Shown piece by piece: positions 49,901-60,640 of a DNA stretch of 64,000 bases (the first letter of the stretch is position 1; every line of letters starts with the position of its first letter). The position numbers and the translations under genes were made by a program. The DNA is from Macrostomum lignano (Eukaryota). The stretch spans positions 1 to 64,000 of the forward strand of contig NIVC01003253.1 of assembly GCA_002269645.1 (NCBI GenBank). The letters are read 5' to 3'. The notes under the pieces were generated by a model that was given only the letters and a program-made list of their open reading frames with translations, was not told the DNA's origin and did no database searches.

Positions 49901-52900
49901 TGTCTAACAGGTGACAACCCCTGTCTAACGGGTGACACCCCTGTCTAACGGGTGACACCCCTGTCTAACGGGTGACAACCCCTGTCTAACAGGTGACAAC
50001 CCCTGTCTAACAGGTGACAACCCCTGTCTAACATGTTGCACTCCTGTCTAACAGGTGACACCCCTGTCTAACAGATGACACCCCTGTCTAACAGGTGACA
50101 CTCCTGTCTAACAGGTGACACCCCTGTCTAACAGGTGACACCCCTGTCTAACAGGTGACACCCCTGTCTAACTAACTGGTGACACTCCTGTCTAACAGGT
50201 GACCAAAATGCTTTCGATTGCAGTGACAGTGACTACGGATTCAACCCGACAATTTCCGGCCAGCCTCTAATCATGGAGCGACTGCGGCTGCAGGTGTCTG
50301 TGGTGGCCATCTCAGACTACGAGCGGCTGCAGTACGACAAGGACCTGCTTAGGCGAGCGTGTGAGTTCTGGTCTCTGAGCGGCACTGCCTTTGATGACTT
50401 TCCATCCCCTATCACAGATGGCTTTGATGAGTCACTGACATCCCCATCTCAGATGCTTTGATGAGTCACTGACATCCCCATCACAGATGCTTTGATGATT
50501 CACCGACATCCCTATCACAGATGCTTTGATGAGTCACCGACATCCCTATCACAGATGCTTTGATGAGTCACCGACATCCCTATCACAGATGCTGTGATGA
50601 GTCACCGACATCCCTATCACAGATGCTTTGATGAGTCACCGACATCCCTATCACAGATGCTTTGATGAGTCACCGACATCCCTATCACAGATGCTTTGAT
50701 GAGTCACCGACATCCCTATCACAGATGCTTTGATGAGTCACCAACATCCCTATCTCAGATGCTTTGATGAGTAACCGACATCCCTATCACAGATGCTTTG
50801 ATGAGTCACCGACATACTTATCACAGGTGCTTTGATGAGTCACCGACGTTCCTACCTCAGATGCTTTGATGAGTCACCAACATCCCTATCTCAGATGCTT
50901 TGATGAGTCACCGACATCCCTATCTCAGATGCTTTGATGAGTAACCGACATCCCTATCACAGATGCTTTGATGAGTCACCGACATACTTATCACAGGTGC
51001 TTTGATGAGTCACCGACGTTCCTACCTCAGATGCTTTGATGAGTCACCGACATCCCTATCACAGATGCTTTGATGAGTCACCGACATCCCTATCACAGAT
51101 GCTTTGATGAGTCACCAACATCCCTATCTCAGATGCTTTGATGAGTAACCGACATCCCTATCACAGATGCTTTGATGAGTCACCGACATACTTATCACAG
51201 GTGCTTTGATGAGTCACCGACGTTCCTACCTCAGATGCTTTGATGAGTCACCAACATCCCTATCTCAGATGCTTTGATGAGTAACCGACATACTTATCAC
51301 AGGTGCTTTGATGAGTCACCGACGTTCCTACCTCAGATGCTTTGATGAGTCACCAACATCCCTATCTCATATGCTTTTATGAGTCACCGACATCCCTATC
51401 TTTTCATAAGCAATAAGCCTACGAAGATTGACCTGCTTAGACCAGATGCACAGGCTGAAAGAAGTACACTTGGACTGGACCAGAGACGCAACACGTTTCA
51501 GTGTCCCACAAAGGGGATTAAAGGAATTCATTAGGAGCAGAAAAATCTCTCAAACGGCGGTGGCGCAATTCAGTAAGAGAAAGCGAGAGCAAAATTAGAG
51601 AATTAGTGCAAAGCGGGTTCCATTTCTACTGTAGGGGCTGAGCCTCAGCCTCATCTATCAGTCTGTCTCTACCCCCCCTTTTACGGTCTCGGGCGCATCC
51701 CATTAGCCAGTGAACCGTAGCAGCTCTGGGGTCCTCAATCGGTTTTCTCTCCTGCTCTCCCCTCCTGGCTTGGAGAGTTTCTCCCCGCTTCTCACGTTCT
51801 CGAGTTTCCCTTCGTTGATTGCCCACCGCCAACCCCCCCCCCCCCCAAGACGCTGCTCAAAGTACGCTCCTGGCGATTTTTCGCATTCTGGAAATTTCTA
51901 CTTCAATCGGGAACTTCTTTCCTGCTTTTTAAAGAGAGAAGCATCTTTTGCTTTATCAACCTGCCTAAACAGGATCGAATCCACGGTTCACTGCTTCATC
52001 TTCTAGGGAAATGCGGATGGGAAATGCGAATGGGAGATGCGAATGGGAAGTGCAGATGAGAAATGCGGATGTGAAATGGGTAGGAAATGCGGATGGGAAT
52101 GCAGATGAGAAATGCAGATAGGAAATGCGGATGTGAAATGGGTAGGAAATGCGGATGGAAAATGCGGATGTGAAATGGGTAGGAAATGCGGATGGAAAAT
52201 GTGGATGGGAAATGCGGATGGGAAATGCGGATGGGATATGTGGATAGGAAATGTGGATGGGAAATGTGGATGGGAAATGTGGATGGGAAATGCGGATGGG
52301 AAATGCGGATGGGATATGTGGATAGGAAATGTGGATGGGTAATGTGGATGGGAAATGTGGATGGGAAATGTGGATGGGAAATGTGGATGGGTAATGTGGA
52401 TGGGAAATGTGGATGGGAAAAGTGGATGGGAAATGTGGATGGGAAATGCGGATGGGAAATGCGGATGGGAAATGCGGATGGGAAATGTGGATGGGAAATG
52501 TGGATGGGAAATGCGGATGGGAAATGTGGATGGGAAATGCGGATGGGAAATGCGGATGGGATATGTGGATGGGAAATGTGGATGGGATATGTGGATGGGA
52601 AATGTGGATGGGAAATGCGGATGGGAAATGTGGATGGGAAATGTGGATGGGAAATGCGGATGGGAAATGTGGATGGGAAATGCGGATGGGAAATGCGGAT
52701 GGGATATGTGGATGGGAAATGTGGATGGGATATGTGGATGGGAAATGCTAATGGGAAATGCGGATGGAAAATGTGGATGGGAAATGCGGATGGGATATGT
52801 GGATGGGAAATGCGGATGGGAAATGTGGATGGGAAATGCGGATGGGAAATGCGGATGGGATATGTGGATGGGAAATGTGGATGGGATATGTGGATGGGAA

Positions 52901-55900
52901 ATGCTAATGGGAAATGCGGATGGGAAATGTGGATGGGAAATGTGGATGGGATATGTGGATGGGAAATGCTAATGGGAAATGCGGATGGGAAATGTGGATG
53001 GGAAATGCGGATGGGAAATGTGGATGGGAAATGCGGATGGGAAAGTGAAATTGAGACAAATTAGGATGGAATCTAAAGAAAATGTGCAGTTCCTCTAAGC
53101 TCTTTTCACAAGAGAAATAATTAAGTTTTAAATACTCTTTCTCATGAATAAACAAGCAAGAAAGAAAATGCGTTCCACCCTACTAACCGACCTATAAAAC
53201 TAAGTACTGATGGTGGAGGATTTGACAATGATAAAAAATGCATTACAGCCTACCCTCTGGGCCTCATACTGGTGGAAATCGATTCAGACCTGGACACTGT
53301 CCGGTCGCACATTGACCGACTGGCAATCGTAAGTGAAGACCAGACTGCATGAAAATAATTGTAAGATAATATTTGTAAGAAAACAATTTGTTTGTATTCC
53401 ATGGTTTCAGGATAACAGCATCATCACCAAGAGCGGCTCCTGCAAGTTGTCAACTAATTGGGTGTTTCTGGACTGTGAGACTGGGGATGAAGGGCTCAGT
53501 ATCAGCTTATTTAGCATCAGTTTATATCATTGCTCACACAGCCAATTTCTCACACAGCCCATTGCTCAGAGCCCATTGCTCACACAGCTCATTGCTCAGA
53601 GCCCATTGCTCACACAGCTCATTGCTCAGAGCCCATTGCTCACACAGCCCATTGCTCACATAGCCCATTTCTCACACAGCCCATTGCTCACACAGCCCAT
53701 TGCTCACACAGCTCATTGCTCAGAGCCCATTGCTCACACAGCCCATTGCTCACACAGCCCATTTCTCACACAGCCCATTGCTCACAAAGCCCATTACTCA
53801 CACAGCCCATTGCTCATACAGCCCATTGCTCACACAGCCCATTGCTCACACAGCCCATTACTCACACAGCCCTTGCTCACACAGCCATTGCTCACACAGC
53901 CATTGCTCACACAGCCACTGCTCACACAGCCCATTGCTCACACAGCCCATTGCTCACACAGCCCTTTGCTCACACAGCCCATTGCTCACACAGCCCTTTG
54001 CTCACACAGCCCATTGCTCACACAGCCCTTTGCTCACACAGCCCATTGCTCACACAGCCCATTGCTCACACAGCCCTTTGCTCACACAGCCCATTGCTCA
54101 GTGCCCATTGCTCACACAGCTCTTGCTCACACAGCCATTGTTTAGCAATTTGACGATCATTATTCACATTTTTAATGCAGAACAATCCATTACTACAAAC
54201 AATGCATTGTCTGTAGGATCGTCAAACAGAAAAACAATGCAAATAATCAGCGGTCCCAGTGCGTGACAACGATTGTCTGGCGAGCTCGCCAAGACAAATT
54301 TACGAAAATTTAGCTCGCCAGACAATCGTTGTCACGCACTGCGACCGCTGATTATTTATCCATTGCTCCCACAGCCCATTGCTCACAAAGCCCATACCTA
54401 TATACTTACCAGCGAGTTCCATTCCGCGCCCGCAGCCACAACAGCCGAGCGCTTCTTCCGCATAGACAAGTCGCAGGAGTCGCTGCACTACATTACGGAC
54501 ATCAGCTCGGAGGATCTTTATCTGTTAGATCCCGAATTTGTCCTTCGAACTGGCGGCAACGAGCTCCCGACGACAGTTGATACAGCTCAGCAGCAGCAGC
54601 AGGTGGTTGATGACGATACGTCTCCGACAAAAGCAGAGTTGGAGATTTCTGCAACCGGTTTAAAAGAAACGCAGAAAGAACTCGATGATGCGGACTATCG
54701 CTGTTCCAGGTGAGGCAGCGGTCTATTGCATATTTTTGCCTGAAAAATTAATACAAAATTATTATAAGGTAATAGCACCGGTATTATGAAAGTGAGGGGA
54801 GTGAGGGGATGAGGAAGTTAAAGAATGGGGAAGTGAAGAAATGGGGAAGTGAGGGGATGGGGGAGTGAGGGGATGGGGAAGTGAGGGTATGGAGAAGTGA
54901 GGGGATGGGGAATGAGGGGATTGGGGTGAGGTGATGGGGAATGGAGGGGATGAGAAAGTGAAGAAATGGGAAGTGAGGGGATGTGGAAGTGAGGGGATTG
55001 GGAAGTGAAGAAATGGGGAAGTGAGGGGATTGGGAAGGGAAGAAATGGGGAAGTGAGGGGATGGGGGAGTGAGGGGATAAGGAAGTGAAGAAATGGGAAG
55101 TGAGGGGATGTGGAAGTGAGGCGATGGGAAGTGAAGAAATAGGGAAGTGAGGGGATGGGAAGTGAAGAAATCGGGAAGTGAGGGGATTGGGAAGTGAAAA
55201 AAATGGGGAAGTGAGGGGATTGGGAAGTGAAGAAATGGGGAAGTGAGGGGATTGGGAAGTGAAGAAATGGGGAAGTGAGGGGATGGGGAAGTGAGGGGAT
55301 TGGGAAGTGAAGAAATGGGGAAGTGAGGGGATGTGGAAGTGAGGCGATGGGAAGTGAAGAAATAGGGAAGTGAGGGGATGGGAAGTGAAGAAATCGGGAA
55401 GTGAGGGGATTGGGAAGTGAAAAAATGGGGAAGTGAGGGGATTGGGAAGTGAGGGGATTGGGAAGTGAAGAAATGGGGAAGTGAGGGGATTGGGAAGTGA
55501 AGAAATGGGGAAGTGAGGGGATGGGGGAGTGAGGGGATTGGGAAGTGAAGAAATGGGGAAGTGAGGGGATGGGAAGTGAAGGAATGGGGAAGTGAGGGGA
55601 TGGGAAATGAAGAAATGGGGAAGTGAGGGGATGGGAAGTGAAGAAATGGGGAAGTGAGGGGATGGGGGAGTGAGGGGATTGGGAAGTGAAGAAATGGAGA
55701 GTGAGGGGATGGGAAATGAAGAAATGGGGAAGTGAGGGATGGGGAAGTGAGGGGAAAGTGTAAAAAGGCATTGGTGAAAAAGTGAGGTGCGCACAATCGA
55801 AGGGCAGGCTAGGCTGTGCAGAAGGCATCAATTTGCTAACTAATCAAATCAGAACCAACAGGCGGCCGCCGCTGAAGCGCCGACTTCGCCGATCAGCGGC

Positions 55901-58704
55901 GGTCAGCAGCGTCGGTGACTCCGCGAGCATTGATTCGGTTGAGCAGCCAGCAATGTACTACTTGCAGTAGCATTCATTGGCTTACAAGTTTATCATCAAA
56001 TTTTTTAAACTTTACCTCTTAGTTTGTGACTCGTCAGACTTGAACCAGTGTGTAACTGTTGTTGTCTTTTTATATTGCTTCCGTCTCTGTAATAACAGGA
56101 ATTATAAATTCGATTGCACTATTAAAAACGTCAAGCAACGTCTCAGCTTTCGAATCACTTTCCTTGCGCTTTGTTTGCTGTGCAATACCTGTCACTTCTT
56201 TGTCATCGAACTGTAACATGTTCAATCAATCACTGCTCTACTAATTTTGCTTGTGTCAGTGAAGTTGATAAAACCAAAGCCACCAAGTGGAGAATCCTAA
56301 TTCATTGCTGCATCCTTACTCGCTGAAGCAGTAGCCGCTGCCACAGAACTGCACTCGGCCATAGACAATAAAGCTAATCAAAGCCACTGCCACAGAAAGA
56401 ACAGCACTCGGGCATAGACAATAAAGCCAATCAAAGCCACTGCCACAGAACTGCACTCGGCCATAGACAATAAAGCCTATCAAAGCCACTGCCACAGAAC
56501 TGCACTCGGCCATAGACAATAAAGCCTATCAAAGCCACTGCCACAGAACTGCACTCGGCCATAGACAATAAAGCCTATCAAAGCCACTGCCACAGAACTG
56601 CACTCGGCCATAGACAATATAGCTAATCAAAGCCACTGCCACAGAAAGAACAGCACTCGGCCATAGACAATAAATAAAATTTCATTAAAATCATCCTGAA
56701 ATTCTCTACTTTATTCTCTTTTAACCGGAGAGCAGAGCCTTGAAGAGTTTGCTTGGCCTGAAATCTATGGGAGACTGCAGCTTAGAATTGCGAGCTGTCC
56801 GCTTGATTGATTTTATATCAGCTTAATTATAAACTTCATTGACAAGAGCAAAATAGGCGATTGGGGCATTTAGAGTGAAGTAAATTGTCAAATTTATCTA
56901 ACCTGGTACTTTGACTGTGACAGATTAGCACGCTATACCTATCTCAGCTAATGTCATGTACTTTACCAAATCGCGTAACAAAATACTTAATTTTCAATTA
57001 CAAAATAGCTTAGTTAACAGTAAACTTCAACAGGCACTTCAAATTCCGGATTAAAAAATCCTGCACTCCTGATGTTATTCATTCATAATAAATTTTCACA
57101 AATTCGTTCTCCGTCTGCAGCTCCGAGCCGGGCTCCCCGGACACCAGCGTCACCGTCCAGACTGACCAGCAGCAGCCGACGACGCCGCCGTCGCCGCAGC
57201 CGCCATCTGTCGAAGTCGCTCGCCAGGCCGGCTCAATTTTGGCGTCGAGATCGGCGCTAAGCAAGGCGCTTATTGACGCCTGCAAGCGCGGCTGTCTAGA
57301 CAAAATGCGCGCCTTGCGCGACAAGGGCGCTGATCTGGGCGCCGCGGACAGCGCGGGCATGACCTGCCTGCACCATGCGACCCGCTTCGGCTACAGGGAC
57401 ATTGTGGCCTACCTGGTTGAGCACGGTGAGCTGGGCAGCCTCTGAGTTGGCTTTGGGGAGTAGGGTGGTGTCAGATTCTGAGCAAGGTGGCGTGAGATTC
57501 TGAGCAGGGTGGTGAGATTCTGGGTAAGGTGGTGAGATTCTGATTAGGGTGGCGTGAGATTCTGAGCAGGGTGGTGAGATTCTGAGTAGGGTGGCGTGAG
57601 ATTCTGAGCAGGGTGGTGTCAGATTCTGTGTAGTGTGGTATGAGATTCTGAGTGGGTTAGAATACGTCTATGGGTAAGTTGAGGAAGATTTTAATCTGGG
57701 TGTGGATAAGACGGAGAAATGCCATAACTAGGACAAGTGAATACCGGATGCCAATGGTTACGCTTGCAAGATAATCAACCTCCAGGCCCGCCTCAGCTGC
57801 TGGACCAGGCGGATTTAGAAAAAGGTCAGACTGCACTGCACAAGGCCAGCTGGTATCAGAGAAGACAGATCTGTCAGCTGTTGGTGCAGGCTGGGGCCAG
57901 CCTGACCGTGGTTGACTCCGCCGGGCTGACACCAAGACAGCAGGCCTGCAAGGCCGACGACAAGGACCTGGCTCAGTGGCTTGAGGGTGAGCTGTGTGTG
58001 ACTGGCTCAGTGGCTTGAGAGTGAGCTGTGTGTGACTGGCTCAGTGGCTTGAGGGTGAGCTGTGTGTGACTGGCTCAGTGGCTTGAGGGTGAGCTGTGTG
58101 TGACTGGCTCAGTGGCTTGAGGGTGAGCTGTGTGTGACTGGCTCAGTGGCTTGAGGGTGAGCTGTGTGTGACTGGCTCAGTGGCTTGAGGGTGAGCTGTG
58201 TGACTGGCTCAGTGGCTTGAGGGTGAGCTGTGTGTGACTGGCTCAGTTGCTTGAGGGTGAGCTGTGTGTGACTGGCTCAGTGGCTTGAGGGTGAGCTGTG
58301 TGTGACTGGCTCAGTGGCTTGAGGGTGAGCTGTGTGTGACTGGCTCAGTGGCTTGAGGGTGAGCTGTGTGTGACTGGCTCAGTGGCTTGAGGGTGAGCTG
58401 TGTGTGACTGGCTCAGTGGCTTGAGGGTGAGCTGTGTGTGACTGGCTCAGTGGCTTGAGGGTGAGCTGTGTGTGACTGGCTCAGTGGCTTGAGGGTGAGC
58501 TGTGTGTGACTGGCTCAGTGGCTTGAGGGTGAGCTGTGTGTGACTGGCTCAGTGGCTTGAGGGTGAGCTGTGTGTGACTGGCTCAGTGGCTTGAGGGTGA
58601 GCTGTGTGCTACTGATGAGATGGTGCACCCACGCCACCATTGAACTTCCAGGCCAGGAGCACACTCAGCTGGTGCGAAAGGAGAACCAGGAAACGACAGT
58701 GTGA
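34366..58704 (+). CDS. DGKZ: Type IV diacylglycerol kinase (DGKzeta/iota; Drosophila rdgA-like), ~21 coding exons
   Basis: Exons: 34366-35372, 38024-38135, 40435-40518, 40587-40661, 43033-43107, 43260-43325, 43770-44118, 44323-44791, 46333-46538, 47051-47106, 47484-47546, 47719-47904, 48421-48507, 49183-49295, 50224-50360, 53249-53328, 53411-53474, 54436-54709, 57121-57425, 57786-57986, 58652-58704. All are GT-AG and phase-compatible. Motifs: AVDWS/GEHIW C1[15 protein letters not shown]1B, basic MARCKS-like stretch, [39 protein letters not shown], ankyrin repeats, C-terminal ETTV. Confidence 0.95.
35361..36152. repeat. 33/36-bp minisatellite (ggggtccggagagtgagtccggctgtgctggat) spanning the DGK exon end and donor
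   Basis: About 23 copies; the first copy overlaps the exon/intron boundary at 35372/35373. Confidence 0.95.
38024..38135 (+). CDS. DGKZ: DGK exon ending KTAVDWS
   Basis: TTTGCAG acceptor, GTAAGT donor, VDWS motif preceding C1A. Confidence 0.85.
38369..38776 (-). CDS. FABP: Fatty acid-binding protein (iLBP/FABP family), intronless CDS, 135 aa, nested antisense in a DGK intron
   Basis: [63 protein letters not shown]. Confidence 0.96.
   Translation of the reverse strand: MSAGGFAGKWKLVDSENFDEYMKALGVGLVMRTAGSTAKPVQEISEAGGRWTIKTTSTFKSAEISFALGEEFEETTADGRKVKSTVRLEGNKLIQEQKGDPNSTIIRELGSDGKSFVMTLEAKGVVCKRKYQKDE
39842..40322. repeat. 21-bp minisatellite (ggcactcctgacaccaagttt) in DGK intron
   Basis: About 23 copies in two alternating variants. 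Confidence 0.95.
40435..40661 (+). CDS. DGKZ: DGK C1A exons 40435-40518 and 40587-40661
   Basis: [28 protein letters not shown] / [25 protein letters not shown]. Confidence 0.92.
40815..42250. repeat. CT-rich ~42-bp-unit polypyrimidine minisatellite in DGK intron
   Basis: Recurrent ctctcctctctcccttctctcccttcgctcctcttctctccc. Confidence 0.93.
43033..44118 (+). CDS. DGKZ: DGK C1B and MARCKS-like exons 43033-43107, 43260-43325, 43770-44118
   Basis: [11 protein letters not shown] / [18 protein letters not shown] / SFQQKF...[16 protein letters not shown]...SFKRRKSK. Confidence 0.93.
43340..43570. repeat. 45/42-bp tandem repeat containing CCATAGAC, DGK intron
   Basis: Five copies. Confidence 0.9.
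44172..44300. repeat. ~24-bp degenerate tandem repeat (ggcgtagatagagaagtagactgc), DGK intron
   Basis: About 5 copies. Confidence 0.75.
44323..44791 (+). CDS. DGKZ: DGK catalytic domain exon
   Basis: [46 protein letters not shown]. Confidence 0.97.
44817..45875. repeat. 14/16-bp minisatellite (tgactgtcactctc), DGK intron
   Basis: About 72 copies beginning ~25 nt after the donor. Confidence 0.97.
46333..49295 (+). CDS. DGKZ: DGK accessory domain exons 46333-46538, 47051-47106, 47484-47546, 47719-47904, 48421-48507, 49183-49295
   Basis: [51 protein letters not shown]|IDGEPW. Confidence 0.95.
46543..47017. repeat. (CTGT)n microsatellite filling a DGK intron
   Basis: Starts 4-5 nt after the GT donor at 46539. 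Confidence 0.97.
48541..49160. repeat. 20-bp minisatellite (atcattcagggagagtgcag), DGK intron
   Basis: About 31 copies; ends immediately before the branch-point-like CTAAC. Confidence 0.97.
49733..50203. repeat. 20/21-bp minisatellite (acaggtgacacccctgtcta), DGK intron
   Basis: About 23 copies; the unit has an internal ACAGG/CCTGT inverted repeat. Confidence 0.95.
50224..54709 (+). CDS. DGKZ: DGK post-catalytic exons 50224-50360, 53249-53328, 53411-53474, 54436-54709
   Basis: [66 protein letters not shown]. Confidence 0.92.
50390..51400. repeat. 34-bp minisatellite (gatgctttgatgagtcaccgacatccctatcaca), DGK intron
   Basis: About 30 copies. Confidence 0.96.
52005..53043. repeat. 13-bp minisatellite (gggaaatgYggat), DGK intron
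   Basis: About 80 copies. Confidence 0.96.
53530..54140. repeat. 16-bp minisatellite (cacacagcccattgct), DGK intron
   Basis: About 38 copies. Confidence 0.96.
54793..55757. repeat. G/A-rich 16-17-bp minisatellite (gaagtgaggggatggg / gaagtgaagaaatggg), DGK intron
   Basis: Alternating purine-rich units. Confidence 0.94.
56330..56672. repeat. 49-bp minisatellite containing CCATAGAC and AATAAA, DGK intron
   Basis: About 7 copies of gccactgccacagaactgcactcggccatagacaataaagcctatcaaa. Confidence 0.93.
57121..58704 (+). CDS. DGKZ: DGK ankyrin-repeat and PDZ-ligand exons 57121-57425, 57786-57986, 58652-58704
   Basis: [44 protein letters not shown] (cf. DGKzeta ETAV). Confidence 0.95.
57468..57655. 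repeat. 20-23-bp minisatellite (gagattctgagcagggtggt), DGK intron
   Basis: About 8 copies. Confidence 0.88.
57968..58608. repeat. 34-bp minisatellite (ctggctcagtggcttgagggtgagctgtgtgtga) = last 19 nt of the exon plus first 15 nt of the intron
   Basis: About 19 copies; the first copy straddles 57986/57987. Confidence 0.97.
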
Positions 58705-58999
58705 AGCAGAGATTGACACGACTGTCAGACCCTGTAAATCACTGTTACTGACCTTGCAATGAGATTAAATCGAAACGTTATGTAAAACCAAAAAACAATT
58801 TTGATTGTATGTGTTGTATGTATTTGATTGTATTTTAACAAAATATTGTCGTCCTTGTTGTGCGGACTTCAAGTTCTTGATAGTTATTAACTAAGCCTAC
58901 GAATTGGGCTGCACTCAACGCCAGCCGCACAGAAGATAACCAATGCCTCCGCTGCCTCAAGCGTTCCACGCAGGGTACCACACACGAGCGCAAAAATGG

Positions 59000-59475
59000 C
59001 GCCCACTTAAATGAAGTGGCGCCCCTCGAATGAAATGGCGCCCCCTCGAATGAAATGGCGCCCCCTCGAATGAAATGGCGCCCCTCGAATGAAGTGGCAA
59101 CCGCTCGAATGAAGCGGTACCCCCTCAAATGAATTGGCGCCCTCGAATGAATTGGCGCCCCCTCAAATGAAATGGCGCCCCCTCGAAAGAATTGGCGCCC
59201 CTCGAATGAAGTGGCGCCCCCTCGAATGAAGTGGCACCCCCTGAAATAAAGTGGCACCCCCTCAAATGAATGGGCGCCCCCTCGAATGAAGTGGCGCCCC
59301 CTCAAATGAATGGGCGCCCCCTCGAATGAAGTGGCACCCCCTCAAATAAAGTGGCACCCTCTCAAATGAATGGGCGCCCCCTCGAATGAAGTGGCGCCCC
59401 CTCGAATGAAATGGCACCCTCAAATGAAATGGTGCCCCTCGAATGAAATAGCGTCCCTCTCGAATGAAATGGCGC
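59000..59475. repeat. 20-bp minisatellite (cgaatgaaatggcgccccct), between DGK and TAF12
   Basis: About 23 imperfect copies. Confidence 0.92.
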
Positions 59476-60139
59476 TGGATTTCTAGTATAAAGTTAATGA
59501 CATTGCACTGATGTACATTGGTGCATTTACTTTGATTGCGCCTGATTAATTAATTAAAATCCTGAAATTCGCTTAGACTTATTTTTACAACTTATAATTT
59601 ATAACTTTATAAAGTTTAAAGTTATACAACATACTGTTTTTTAGTATCTATTTTTAGCGCTACAAACTTTCACGCATTGTGGCTTCCACGGCGCAATCAA
59701 CTGCGAATGATTGCCGTTAAGCTGATAATTACAGGATAGAACAGAAAGGGGTATTAGATTTGCCGCCAGCGATATATCCACTTAAATACTTAAAATACTT
59801 ACTGAATTCCTACCAGACACTGGGATCTCTGGTAACAGGTCCGGCCTAAAAAGAGGCTTACCAGACAAATGTACAAAACATTACAAAATATACTAAAGTA
59901 AATGGAAAAGTTGATCATATTATTATATCAGATATAATAAGTCAATGACGCTGCACTGGATAGTGCAGAGAGTCTCAGCTGCCTGATGCGTCACGCCACC
60001 CCGGTCTTCATGCTCACTAATTCATGCAATTCGTGAAATTAGTAATGCTTCTTCAGACCAGATTAATAGAATCGACCTTTGAAATTGAAAACATCCGAGA
60101 CAGGGGACAGGGAGAAAGGTTGCATGACAGGCATGAGAT

Positions 60140-60515
60140 GGGTACCTATGGGGTATGAGGTGGGTTATCTACGGGGTATGAGGTGGGTTGCCTACGGGGT
60201 ATGAGGTGGGTTGCCTACCTGACAGGCATGAGGTGGGCTACCTGACAGGCATGAGGTGGGCTACCTGACAGGCATGAGGTGGACTACCTGACAGGCATGA
60301 GGTGGGCTACCTGACAGGCATGAGGTGGACTACCTGACAGGCATGAGGTGGGCTACCTGACAGGCATGAGGTGGGCTACCTGACAGGCATGAGGTGGACT
60401 ACCTGACAGGCATGAGGTGGGCTACCTGACAGGCATGAGGTGGACTACCTGACAGGCATGAGGTGGACTACCTGACAGGCATGAGGTGGGCTACTTGAAG
60501 GACGTGGGCTACCTG
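60140..60515. repeat. 23-bp minisatellite (acctgacaggcatgaggtgggct), downstream of TAF12
   Basis: About 12 close copies plus degenerate flanks. Confidence 0.92.
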
Positions 60516-60640
60516 ATGGGCAGTGAATAACTATCTGAATGACGAAGCAATCTCCCTGAAGGGTCTGAGGTTCAGAACATAATAACGGCTTGAGAACAAC
60601 AACAATCGCCCTGCAGCGGTAAGAAAAGCAATCCGAGCAA

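Noticed and set aside
55853-55942. The 55853 segment as an internal cassette exon of DGK
   Set aside because: The candidate donors give phase 0 or 1 and the next exon needs phase 2; kept only as a possible terminal exon.
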